Source of the DNA: an uncultured archaeon
GTDB taxonomy: Archaea > Aenigmatarchaeota > Aenigmatarchaeia > QMZP01 > JACQNV01
Assembly: GCA_964410585.1 (NCBI GenBank)
Contig: CAYPFW010000001.1
Span: 96,001-160,000 of the forward strand
Direction of reading: 5' to 3'
DNA length: 64,000 bases
The notes beneath the pieces were generated by a model that worked only from the letters and a program-made list of their open reading frames with translations, made no database searches and was not told the origin of the DNA. Each line of letters opens with the position of its first letter. The first letter of the stretch is position 1. Shown one piece after another: positions 55,461 to 64,000 of this stretch. A program made the translations under genes and the position numbers.

Positions 55461-57182
55461 ATGTCAAATAACAAAAAAATAGCCGAGCTTTTTTACCAAA
55501 TGTCTGAGATATTGGAGATTCAAAATTTAGTATGGGAATCTCGAGCATATCAAAAGGCCGCAAGGACAATAGAATCTCTTTCAAAGGATGTTTCTGAAAT
55601 CTACAAGCAGGGTGGAATAGACGCCTTGATGGAAATTCCGGGAATTGGAGAAGGCTTGGCAAAAAAAATCGAACAGTTCTTGCAAACAGGAAAAATAAAA
55701 AAATACGAAGAAGTTTTAAAATCAGTTCCCAAAGGCTTAGTTCAAATGATGAATATTCCTGGAATGGGCCCAAAAAAAGCTTCCAAACTTTACAATATTT
55801 TGAAAATCGATTCTATAGAAAGCCTTGAGAAAGCAGCAAAACAAGGCAAGATAAGAGCCTTGGAAGGGTTTGGGGAAAAATCAGAAAAAGATCTTTTAGT
55901 AGGAATAGAGCTTCTGAAAAAAAGCGGGGAAAGGATGTTCATTGGAGAGGCACTCAAACTTTCAAGGGAAATTATCGAATACTTAAAAAAGAATTGCAAG
56001 TCTATACAAAAAATAGAAGTTGCTGGTTCTGTGAGAAGAGGAAAAGAAACAATAGGCGACATTGACATTTTAGCTATTTCAGAAAAACCGCAAGAAGTGA
56101 TGCAAGTTTTCACTACGATGCCAAACGTTTTTAGGATAGAAAGCAAGGGCGACACAAAATCTACAGTAAATTTGAAAGAGGGTCTTGATTGCGATTTAAG
56201 GGTTTTGAAACCAGAAAGCTTTGGAGCGGCTTTGAATTATTTTACTGGTTCAAAAGAACACAATGTCCACTTGAGACAAATTGCAATGTCAAAGGGTTGG
56301 AAACTCTCTGAGTATGGTCTTTTCGAAAAAACAGGAAAACAGATAGCTGGAAAAACAGAAGAAGAATTATATCAAAAATTAGGCCTTCAGTATATTGATC
56401 CTAAAATGAGGGAAAATATGGGAGAAATAGAGCTTGCACAAAAGAACCAGTTGCCAAAATTAATTTCTTACAATTCGATAAAAGGTGATCTCCATGTTCA
56501 TACAAATTTCTCAGATGGTTCTTATTCTCCTGAAGACATGGTGAAAAAAGCAGTTGACATTGGATATGACTACATTGCAATCACAGACCATTCAAAAGCA
56601 GAAAGAGTTGCCAATGGAATGGATGAAAAAAAAGTTTTGGAATATATTGAACATCTGGAAAAACTTCAGAAAAAATTCCCCAAAATACATATACTGAAAG
56701 GCTCCGAAGTAAGCATACTAAAGGACGGAAAATTGGATTTTTCAAAAAAAGTTTTAGATGGTCTAGATTTTGTTATTGCGGCTATCCATTCTGGTTTCAA
56801 AATGCCTGAAAAAGAAATGACAAAAAGAGTGCTCACGGCTTTAGATTCTGGGTTTGTAAATGTTTTGGCTCATCCAACAGGAAGAATTGTGAACAAAAGA
56901 AACTCATTTGAAATAAATTTGGATAAAGTTTTTGAAAAGGCTAAAAATATGGGAGTTTTCATGGAAATTAATTCAAATTGGAGGCTTGATTTGAGCGATT
57001 TTAACATAAAAAAAGCAAAATCCTTTGGCCTAAAATTTTGTGTGAACACAGATGCCCATTCAACAGATCAAATGGATTTGATGGAGCTTGGAGTATCTCA
57101 AGCAAGAAGAGGTTGGCTCGAAGAAAAAGATGTTGTAAATACATATCAGTGGAAGAGTTTCGAAAAGTTAATCAAAAAGTAA
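55461..57182 (+). CDS. polX: DNA polymerase X / PHP fusion
   Basis: GSVRR..ETIGDID, YFTGSKEHN, DLHVHT..SDG, TDH, TDAH. Confidence 0.95.
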   Translation: MSNNKKIAELFYQMSEILEIQNLVWESRAYQKAARTIESLSKDVSEIYKQGGIDALMEIPGIGEGLAKKIEQFLQTGKIKKYEEVLKSVPKGLVQMMNIPGMGPKKASKLYNILKIDSIESLEKAAKQGKIRALEGFGEKSEKDLLVGIELLKKSGERMFIGEALKLSREIIEYLKKNCKSIQKIEVAGSVRRGKETIGDIDILAISEKPQEVMQVFTTMPNVFRIESKGDTKSTVNLKEGLDCDLRVLKPESFGAALNYFTGSKEHNVHLRQIAMSKGWKLSEYGLFEKTGKQIAGKTEEELYQKLGLQYIDPKMRENMGEIELAQKNQLPKLISYNSIKGDLHVHTNFSDGSYSPEDMVKKAVDIGYDYIAITDHSKAERVANGMDEKKVLEYIEHLEKLQKKFPKIHILKGSEVSILKDGKLDFSKKVLDGLDFVIAAIHSGFKMPEKEMTKRVLTALDSGFVNVLAHPTGRIVNKRNSFEINLDKVFEKAKNMGVFMEINSNWRLDLSDFNIKKAKSFGLKFCVNTDAHSTDQMDLMELGVSQARRGWLEEKDVVNTYQWKSFEKLIKK

Positions 57183-57213
57183 TCTTTATATTATTAATTG
57201 AACAATCTAGATT

Positions 57214-57546
57214 ATGCGACTTGTAAAAATTGATTCTGTCCAACAGGCTGAAGAAGAAATGAGAAAAGTTAAATCTGATGGGATCGAAAAAATGGCCACA
57301 AAAGCTGTTTTCCGTGTTGTAAAAATAGATAGACTTCACCAATCGCATGCAAATACAATAAAAAAAGAGATGCTAAATGTTGGCGGAGATGCTGCTATAT
57401 CCTTAGATGCTTGGAACAAAAAAGATTGTGCAACTGACGTTCTTTTGTTTGGAACACTAAAACAATTCGAAGATCTGATGCCAGGCTTAGAAAAGAACGG
57501 TCTTTTCCCAATAGGCAAACAAATCAAAAACTTGATCATATACTAA
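57214..57546 (+). CDS. Stand-alone protein resembling the N-terminal domain of some dihydropteroate synthases
   Basis: KMATKA, ANTIKKEMLNVGGDAAI, TDVLLFGT.KQ. Confidence 0.6.
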   Translation: MRLVKIDSVQQAEEEMRKVKSDGIEKMATKAVFRVVKIDRLHQSHANTIKKEMLNVGGDAAISLDAWNKKDCATDVLLFGTLKQFEDLMPGLEKNGLFPIGKQIKNLIIY

Positions 57547-57576
57547 CTTTTAAAACGATTTTGTTCTATATTCAAT

Positions 57577-58263
57577 ATGTTTCTAAAAGGAAAAGTAGCT
57601 ATAGTCACAGGTTCTGGAAGAGGAATAGGAAAATCAATAGCCTTGGAATTAGCCAAGCAAGGATGCAAAGTTGTTGTGACATCGAGGACAAAAAAAGAAA
57701 TAGATGAAACAGTAAAAGAAATTTCCTATGATGCTCTTGGAATTATTTCTGATGTGTCTGACTATAATTCTGTGAAAAAGATTGTTGGTGAAACAATAAA
57801 GAAATTTGGTAAAATAGACATACTTGTAAACAATGCAGGATTAGCTGTAAGAAAACACTTCAGTCAAACAGAAAAAGAAGAATGGGATAAGATGGTTGAT
57901 GTGAATCTGAAAGGTGCATTTAATTTTACAAAAGAAGTTTTGCCCATCATGCTCATACAAAAGTCTGGATGGATAATAAATATTTCATCAGGAGCCGGGA
58001 AAACAGGGATACCTGGGCTCTCTGTTTACTCTGCGACAAAATTTGGTTTAATTGGTTTTACAGAAGCACTTGCTCAAGAAGTGGAAAATGATGGAGTAAA
58101 AGTTTATTGTGTTTGTCCAGGATCAACAGATACAAAGATGTACAGGGATCTTTTCCCAGGATCTGAAGCTGTCTCAAAACCAGAAGACATAGCTGAAGTT
58201 GTACTAAAGCTTTGTAAGCCAGACTGCAAAACAGAAAACGGATCTATAGTTAATGTATTCTGA
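57577..58263 (+). CDS. Short-chain dehydrogenase/reductase
   Basis: TGSGRGIG, NNAG, YSATK. Confidence 0.93.
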   Translation: MFLKGKVAIVTGSGRGIGKSIALELAKQGCKVVVTSRTKKEIDETVKEISYDALGIISDVSDYNSVKKIVGETIKKFGKIDILVNNAGLAVRKHFSQTEKEEWDKMVDVNLKGAFNFTKEVLPIMLIQKSGWIINISSGAGKTGIPGLSVYSATKFGLIGFTEALAQEVENDGVKVYCVCPGSTDTKMYRDLFPGSEAVSKPEDIAEVVLKLCKPDCKTENGSIVNVF

Positions 58264-58313
58264 TGCGGCAGTTTTGCAATCTTTTTATATACTCCGATTA
58301 AACAATATAACAT

Positions 58314-58517
58314 ATGACATTATCTTTGTTGGCCATGGAAAAAATTTTGAGAAAAGCAGGTGCACCAAGAGTTTCAAAGGATGCTGCAAAAGAAATGGCT
58401 CTGGTTCTTGAAGATGTTGGGGATATAATTGCAAAAGATGCAATTGAGTTTGCAAGGCACGCAAACAGGAAAACAATATTAGGGAACGATGTTAAATTGG
58501 CTAAGAAAAAGTTTTGA
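58314..58517 (+). CDS. Archaeal histone
   Basis: ILRKAGAPRVSKDA...A.HANRKTI...DV. Confidence 0.92.
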   Translation: MTLSLLAMEKILRKAGAPRVSKDAAKEMALVLEDVGDIIAKDAIEFARHANRKTILGNDVKLAKKKF

Positions 58518-58633
58518 TCTCTTTAAGCGTTTCCTATTTATAAAGCTTGTTCTTTGGAGGATATTTAAAAGACCGAACTAATTATGCTATTAATTTTATA
58601 AAAAAGGAGGTTGAAAAGGGGGTTTCCTAATTT

Positions 58634-58777
58634 ATGCCAAAAGGATATTGTGTTAAATGTAAGAAAAAGAACGTCGAAATGAAAAACGCAAAATCTGTCA
58701 AACTAAAAAATGGCAGAGCTGCAACAAAGGGCGAATGTCCGCACTGTGGAACAAAAATGTTCAGAATCGGTGGTTAG
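58634..58777 (+). CDS. Small zinc-ribbon protein (DUF5679-like, 47 aa); not in ORF track
   Basis: Manual translation MPKGYCVKCKKKNVEMKNAKSVKLKNGRAATKGECPHCGTKMFRIGG. Confidence 0.8.
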   Translation: MPKGYCVKCKKKNVEMKNAKSVKLKNGRAATKGECPHCGTKMFRIGG

Positions 58778-58915
58778 GTTTTTAAATTTTTTGCTTTTGG
58801 GGATTCATTTGAATTCCCTGAAAGTACTGTTTCTATTATTTTTTCTTGTCAATAAGACCAAACTACGTCGAAGCTATATAAGCAGGTTTTCTATATCTTT
58901 CTATTGGTGATATGT

Positions 58916-60646
58916 ATGCAACAAATCAGACAGCCAATTGTTTCAATTCTCGGACATGTAGACTCTGGAAAGACAAGTCTACTTGATAGAATAAGAGGCA
59001 GTGTTGTTGCAAAGGGTGAAGCTGGAGGAATAACACAACATATTGGGGCTTCTGAAATACCCTCTGATTCTTTGAAAAAAACCTGTGGCCAGCTTCTTCA
59101 AAAAATGAAAATTGATTTAACAATTCCTGGTCTGCTTTTTATTGACACACCAGGCCACGAGGCTTTCACAACTCTGAGAAAAAGAGGTGGTTCAATCGCT
59201 GATCTTGCCGTTTTAGTTGTAGATATAATAGAAGGCCTCCAGCCACAAACAGAAGAATCTATATTATTTTTGAAAGAATTTAAAACACCTTTCATTGTTG
59301 CTCTAAACAAAATAGATAGGATAATGGGTTGGGTTCCTGAACCTTCAAAAAGTTTTTTAGATTCTTACAATGAACAGGCTAATGATGTTCAACAAAGATT
59401 TGAAGACAAGTTCTATGAATTAGTTGGCCAATTTGGGTCAAAAAATTTCAATACAGAAAGATATGACAGAGTCACAGATTTCACAAAACAAATAAGCATC
59501 GTCCCTGTTTCTGCTGCTACTGGTGAAGGTATTCCAGACCTTTTAATGATGTTGGTTGGTTTGGCCCAGAAATATTTGAAAGACCAAATAAAGTTTGAAA
59601 GTGACAAAGGAAGAGGGTCGATTTTGGAAGTAAAAGAACACAAAGGTTTGGGATTGTCAATGGATGTCATCCTTTATAATGGTGAGATAAAAAAAGGCGA
59701 TTATCTTGTTGTTGGTGGAAAAGAAATTGTTGTCACAAAGGTCAAGTCGTTGATGAAAACAGAACCAATGAAAGAAATGCGAGTCGAGAAAAAATTCATT
59801 CCTGTGGATTCTGTTGTTGCTGCTTCTGGTGTCAGAATATCTGCACCCGGAATAGAAAATGTTGTTCCAGGTTCTTCTATAATCACATTTTCAAGTGAAA
59901 AATTAATAGATCAAGCAAAAGAAGAGCTGAAAGAAGAGATTCAGGAAATTGAAATACACACAGAAGCCGAAGGGTCGATAGTGAAAACAGATACTTTGGG
60001 AAGTTTAGAGGCGATGATAAAAATTCTTTCTGAAAAACAAATTCCAATAAGAAAAGCAGAAGTGGGAGCAGTCACAAAGCAAGATATTTTAGAAATAAAA
60101 AATCAAAAAGAGCCTCTTTTATTTGCTTTCAATGTTAGCATGTCAGAAGAAGTTGAAAAACTAGCCAAAGATAGCAAGGTAACAGTGCTTTCATCGAATA
60201 TTATTTACAGGTTGATAGAAGGATACGACAAATGGGTTGCTGACAAAAAGAAAAGAGAAGAAGAAAAACTTTTAGAAGAAGTTATACGACCCGCAAAAAT
60301 AAAAATTCTTCCTGGATGCATTTTCAGGCAGTCTGATCCAGCTGTTTTTGGGGTAGAAGTTTTAGCTGGTACAATAAAACCTGATTATAGGCTGAAAAGG
60401 AAAACAAAAACAGTTGGAAAAATAAAGGAAGTCCAAGTCCAGAGCAAAAATGTTAAAGAAGCAAAAGCAGGAGATAGAGCAGCCATTTCAATGGAAGATG
60501 TTGTTGTTGGAAAACATGTAAATGAAGGCGATATTTTGGAAGTTGTTGTTGGAATGAAAGATATTTTGATTTTAAACAAAGTTAAAGGCAAACTAAGAGA
60601 CGATGAGAAACAACTTTTGGAGGAATTAGAAAATAGGGAAAAGTGA
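58916..60646 (+). CDS. infB: Translation initiation factor aIF5B/IF-2
   Basis: RQPIV..LGHVDSGKT, GITQHIGA, DTPGHEAF, NKID. Confidence 0.96.
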   Translation: MQQIRQPIVSILGHVDSGKTSLLDRIRGSVVAKGEAGGITQHIGASEIPSDSLKKTCGQLLQKMKIDLTIPGLLFIDTPGHEAFTTLRKRGGSIADLAVLVVDIIEGLQPQTEESILFLKEFKTPFIVALNKIDRIMGWVPEPSKSFLDSYNEQANDVQQRFEDKFYELVGQFGSKNFNTERYDRVTDFTKQISIVPVSAATGEGIPDLLMMLVGLAQKYLKDQIKFESDKGRGSILEVKEHKGLGLSMDVILYNGEIKKGDYLVVGGKEIVVTKVKSLMKTEPMKEMRVEKKFIPVDSVVAASGVRISAPGIENVVPGSSIITFSSEKLIDQAKEELKEEIQEIEIHTEAEGSIVKTDTLGSLEAMIKILSEKQIPIRKAEVGAVTKQDILEIKNQKEPLLFAFNVSMSEEVEKLAKDSKVTVLSSNIIYRLIEGYDKWVADKKKREEEKLLEEVIRPAKIKILPGCIFRQSDPAVFGVEVLAGTIKPDYRLKRKTKTVGKIKEVQVQSKNVKEAKAGDRAAISMEDVVVGKHVNEGDILEVVVGMKDILILNKVKGKLRDDEKQLLEELENREK

Positions 60647-62083
60647 TTATTGATTTACTTCTTCGACTATTTGTCTTATACAGTCTATAGAATCTATTGG
60701 TCTAGATCCAAATGCTGTTTCATATGAAACAAGAACACTGTACACACCTTCTTTTGTCCACCTTGTGAGATCACAAATTTCAGCTCTTGTAGGAAAGGAA
60801 AATCTTTCTAAACCTTCAGCAATCTGTGTAGCTATTATCCAAGGTTTTTTGTATTCTTTGCATTTTGAAACTATTTTATCTACAATATTTCCCAATTGAT
60901 ACCAAGGAAAGAAAAGAGCCAAATCACCTCTAGCTATCATCACAAAATCAGCTTCTTTTACTATTCCATCCAGATTTTCAACTCCCTTTTTTGTTTCAAT
61001 TTTTGCTATTATTGGGATTTTGTCTAGTAATTTTCTTGCTTCAATTATATCCTCAGTGTTTGAAACAAATGATAAAGCAACAAAATCAAAAAGATCTGGA
61101 TGTTTTGATATTTGAACCAAATCTTCTCTGTCTTTTTTAGTCAAGCATACGGGCTGAAAACTAGAAGACTGGATTATAATTCCTCTGTTTGGATTGATTA
61201 TGCCATCAGAAAGAACTTCGCATATGGCACCTTCATTATCCTTATCTATACAATTCAAAACCACAGATCCATCGCCTATTATTATTTTTGATCCTTTCTC
61301 AATCATTTGTATAAACTCTTTTTTTCTTACAGGAACAATAAGTTTTTCTAAGTCAAATAAATCCCCACTAACTAATTTTACTTTATCGGACTTTTTTACT
61401 TTCAATCCATTTACATAACCAAAATCACCAAGCCTTGTTTTTTCACCTTCCAAATCAGCAATTGCAAAGCACCCTTTTCCGGTTTTGTTAGCTATGTCTT
61501 TGACTAGCTTTGATTTTTCTTTTTGATATTCAAAATTACTATAAGAAAAAGTAAGCCTAACTCCTGTTGCTCCACATTCAATCATCTTCTCTATTGTTGT
61601 CTCATCTTTTGAAGAAGGACCCATTGTAAACCAAATTCCGGGGGTTTTCTTATTCAAATTCACATTCAAATACTCTTCAAAAGCAGGAAACAAGTTTTCA
61701 ATTATATTATGTTTTTTATAATCTTTTGGATTTATCCATAGATGATCATCATGTTCATTGCTCAAAATTACATTTTCTGAATTAGAATGACAAAGGAAAA
61801 ACATCCTAACAACTTGATATTGATCTGAACCAACCTTTGGCCAAGACTCGTTTACAAAGAGGACTTTGCCTATTTGTACATCCAATCCTGTTTCTTCTTT
61901 TATCTCCCTAATTAAACAAGAATCAAAATGTTCTCCTGGATTTATACGTCCTCCGGGTACATCGTATTTGCCTACATGAGCCCTTTCTTTGTCTCTAGAG
62001 GATTCTCTTAAAACCAGAACATTCCCATTATTGACAATAAATCCTTTTGCAGCGACAAAAAGCTTGGTTTCCATTTGATCCAT
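60647..62083 (-). CDS. Nudix hydrolase - pyruvate kinase barrel fusion
   Basis: Nudix box PGG...REIKEETGL; PK motifs TMGPSS, DLEG.K.R, IAKIE, ARGDL, ATQ, PTRAE. Confidence 0.85.
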   Translation of the reverse strand: MDQMETKLFVAAKGFIVNNGNVLVLRESSRDKERAHVGKYDVPGGRINPGEHFDSCLIREIKEETGLDVQIGKVLFVNESWPKVGSDQYQVVRMFFLCHSNSENVILSNEHDDHLWINPKDYKKHNIIENLFPAFEEYLNVNLNKKTPGIWFTMGPSSKDETTIEKMIECGATGVRLTFSYSNFEYQKEKSKLVKDIANKTGKGCFAIADLEGEKTRLGDFGYVNGLKVKKSDKVKLVSGDLFDLEKLIVPVRKKEFIQMIEKGSKIIIGDGSVVLNCIDKDNEGAICEVLSDGIINPNRGIIIQSSSFQPVCLTKKDREDLVQISKHPDLFDFVALSFVSNTEDIIEARKLLDKIPIIAKIETKKGVENLDGIVKEADFVMIARGDLALFFPWYQLGNIVDKIVSKCKEYKKPWIIATQIAEGLERFSFPTRAEICDLTRWTKEGVYSVLVSYETAFGSRPIDSIDCIRQIVEEVNQ

Positions 62084-62162
62084 TTGTTTCGTAGTTTATC
62101 TACTTATGTAACTCCTGTTAGTCACAAAAGTAACAATTTAAATCTTTGTTTCAATTCTGCTT

Positions 62163-62933
62163 ATGGAAGCGGAACATTTACTTAGGAAGCTGAAGTTTAC
62201 AGAATATGAAATAAAGTGCTACTTATGTTTGGCTAGTTTGAAAACTGCTGGAGTTGGTGAAATGGCCAAGCATAGCGGTGTGCCAAGAAACAAAGTGTAC
62301 GAAGTTGTCCAAAATCTTGAAAGTAAGGGATTTTTAATGGAACTTTCAACCAAACCTAAAAAATTCAAGATTCTAAGTTTGGAAAAGTTAAAAGAGACTG
62401 TAAATGAGGAGAGGGAAAAGCTAAATTTATTAGAAAAAGAAACAGAAAAAATAATTGAACAATTAAGTATTCTTTCACCCAAAAAAACTAAAGATTTGGT
62501 ATGGATAATAAATGGTCAGAAAAATATTATGCAAAAAATTGCATTTGAAACAATGGAATCAAAAAAGGAAATTTTGGCTTGCACGAGGTCTTCGATAGAT
62601 TATGGAACAAGTTTTAGGAACACCAAAAGCGCAATAGAGAGGGGTATTAAAGTTAAATTTCTGGGATCTTTTAATGAAAAAAACAGAAAAATAGTCAAAA
62701 GATGGGTAGATTCCGGAGCTGAATATAGAATCTACGACGAGAAAAAGTTCGGTCCCCAAGGAATTAGGTTTGGTACATTTGATAATAAGTCGTGTAGGCT
62801 TACAATTGGAAAGCCAGATGTCCAAAAACCAGAAGACTACATAACAATTTGGTCAGAAAGCCCAAGTATGGTGAATTTGCTGAAAAGGCAATTCTATTTT
62901 ATGTGGGAACAGTGTAAGCCACCGAAAATTTAG
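62163..62933 (+). CDS. TrmB-family transcriptional regulator
   Basis: TEYEIKCY, SGVPRNKVYEV..L..KGF, PLD-like effector domain. Confidence 0.88.
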   Translation: MEAEHLLRKLKFTEYEIKCYLCLASLKTAGVGEMAKHSGVPRNKVYEVVQNLESKGFLMELSTKPKKFKILSLEKLKETVNEEREKLNLLEKETEKIIEQLSILSPKKTKDLVWIINGQKNIMQKIAFETMESKKEILACTRSSIDYGTSFRNTKSAIERGIKVKFLGSFNEKNRKIVKRWVDSGAEYRIYDEKKFGPQGIRFGTFDNKSCRLTIGKPDVQKPEDYITIWSESPSMVNLLKRQFYFMWEQCKPPKI

Positions 62934-63250
62934 TATCTTTCCATTTCCGGTTCAACTTCTTCTGCCCAAGCATCTATTCCGCCGTCTAGGTTTTTTGTTT
63001 TGAAGCCTTTCTTTTTCAGCTTCTGTGCAACAAAGGAGCTTCTCCCACCATGATGGCAGTAGACAACTATTTCTTTTGACTTGTCGAGTTCTTTTATTCT
63101 ATCTTCAATTTCATTCATTGGTATGAGAATTGAGTTTTTGATCGAACAAATCTCATTTTCCCAAGGTTCCCGAACATCCAAAAGAATAAAATCTTCTTTC
63201 TTATCTATTTTTTCTTTCAGTTCCTTTGGTGTGATTTCTTCAGAACTCAT
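62930..63250 (-). CDS. Rhodanese-domain protein
   Basis: LLDVREPWE, YCHHGGRS, LDGGIDAW. Confidence 0.92.
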   Translation of the reverse strand: MSSEEITPKELKEKIDKKEDFILLDVREPWENEICSIKNSILIPMNEIEDRIKELDKSKEIVVYCHHGGRSSFVAQKLKKKGFKTKNLDGGIDAWAEEVEPEMERY

Positions 63251-63609
63251 AATTTTGATAGAAGATCCCCGAATCTTGGTTTCAGTTGATCATAGTATTT
63301 TTTCCATTCAGGATCAAATTGATCCATAAGAAGTTTTACTGGCCTACCTTTTCTGTGTTTTAAAAAATAGTCAAGTTCAATCATTACACCCTCTGAAATA
63401 CCAAATATCCAAAATTCATCACTTGCGTCTATCATTCTCAAACAAAATTCAAGTGTTTTTTCCCTACCTATTGGACCATTTTCAAATCTCTCAAACTCAA
63501 ATGAGTGTATAAGATTAAGTGGTCCAAAACCTCTTTCAGTAACAAAGTCCATTATTTCTTTTACTCTACTTTTCATTCTAGATGGCTGTGAACAGAAAAT
63601 AAGTTTCAT
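63247..63609 (-). CDS. Hypothetical protein (nucleoside deoxyribosyltransferase-like fold)
   Basis: DEFWIFGISEGV..E motif. Confidence 0.55.
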   Translation of the reverse strand: MKLIFCSQPSRMKSRVKEIMDFVTERGFGPLNLIHSFEFERFENGPIGREKTLEFCLRMIDASDEFWIFGISEGVMIELDYFLKHRKGRPVKLLMDQFDPEWKKYYDQLKPRFGDLLSKL

Positions 63610-63659
63610 ACAGGGAACATGTTGGAATGGTTTTTCAGGTTATCCGCTAACCACTTAAA

Positions 63660-64000
63660 TTATTTGTCAGTTATTGTGATTCTTGTTATTACAACTGGTT
63701 GCATTGGTTTATCTCCAGGAACTGTTTTGACCTTGCTTATTTTTTCAACAATATCATATCCCTCAACAACTTTTCCAAAAACTGGATGTTTTCCGTCAAG
63801 GAAATTATTATCTGCAACATTTATAAAAAATTGTGAGCCGCCTGTATTTGGGCCTGCGTTTGCCATAGAAATTGTTCCTTTATCATTTCTCAACCCTTCT
63901 CCAAATTCATCTGGTATTTTATATCCAGGATCTCCTGTTCCCCACAAATTAGATTTCGAATTATCTTTTGATAAAGGATCTCCACCTTGAATCATGAAGT
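63660..64000 (-). CDS. Cyclophilin-type peptidyl-prolyl isomerase, truncated by window
   Basis: [31 protein letters not shown]. Confidence 0.95.
   Translation of the reverse strand, partial: FMIQGGDPLSKDNSKSNLWGTGDPGYKIPDEFGEGLRNDKGTISMANAGPNTGGSQFFINVADNNFLDGKHPVFGKVVEGYDIVEKISKVKTVPGDKPMQPVVITRITITDK

Noticed and set aside
58710-58910. 66-aa ORF in the track
   Set aside because: It is an out-of-frame overlap with the more convincing zinc-ribbon ORF at 58634-58777.

Overview
AT-rich chromosomal segment of an archaeon, inferred to be a small-genome DPANN-type lineage from the archaeal r-proteins, Rpo7/Spt4, archaeal NusA, aIF5B, histone, RtcB/archease and TATA-type promoters. It carries a fragmented, insertion-riddled L4-to-S8 ribosomal protein cluster, proS, an intron-interrupted tRNA-Ser(GGA), housekeeping enzymes and many interspersed orphan genes. 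Two features stand out. (1) A complete bacterial-type sigma-70 core (regions 1.2/2/3/4) is fused to about six HTH-like repeats and sits directly after rpl30e-nusA. (2) A family of short, structured, covarying dispersed repeats (called A and B here; about 15 copies) docks against stop or start codons of core genes. Together A and B make up the 150-nt anticodon intron of tRNA-Ser, and one copy is inserted in frame in a pseudouridine synthase gene. Also noted: a Fic gene bracketed by a 50-bp duplication of the rtcB 3' end, a shared C-terminal motif on two exported proteins, and several odd fusions or degenerate enzymes. All calls come from visual motif recognition; no searches or folding programs were run.
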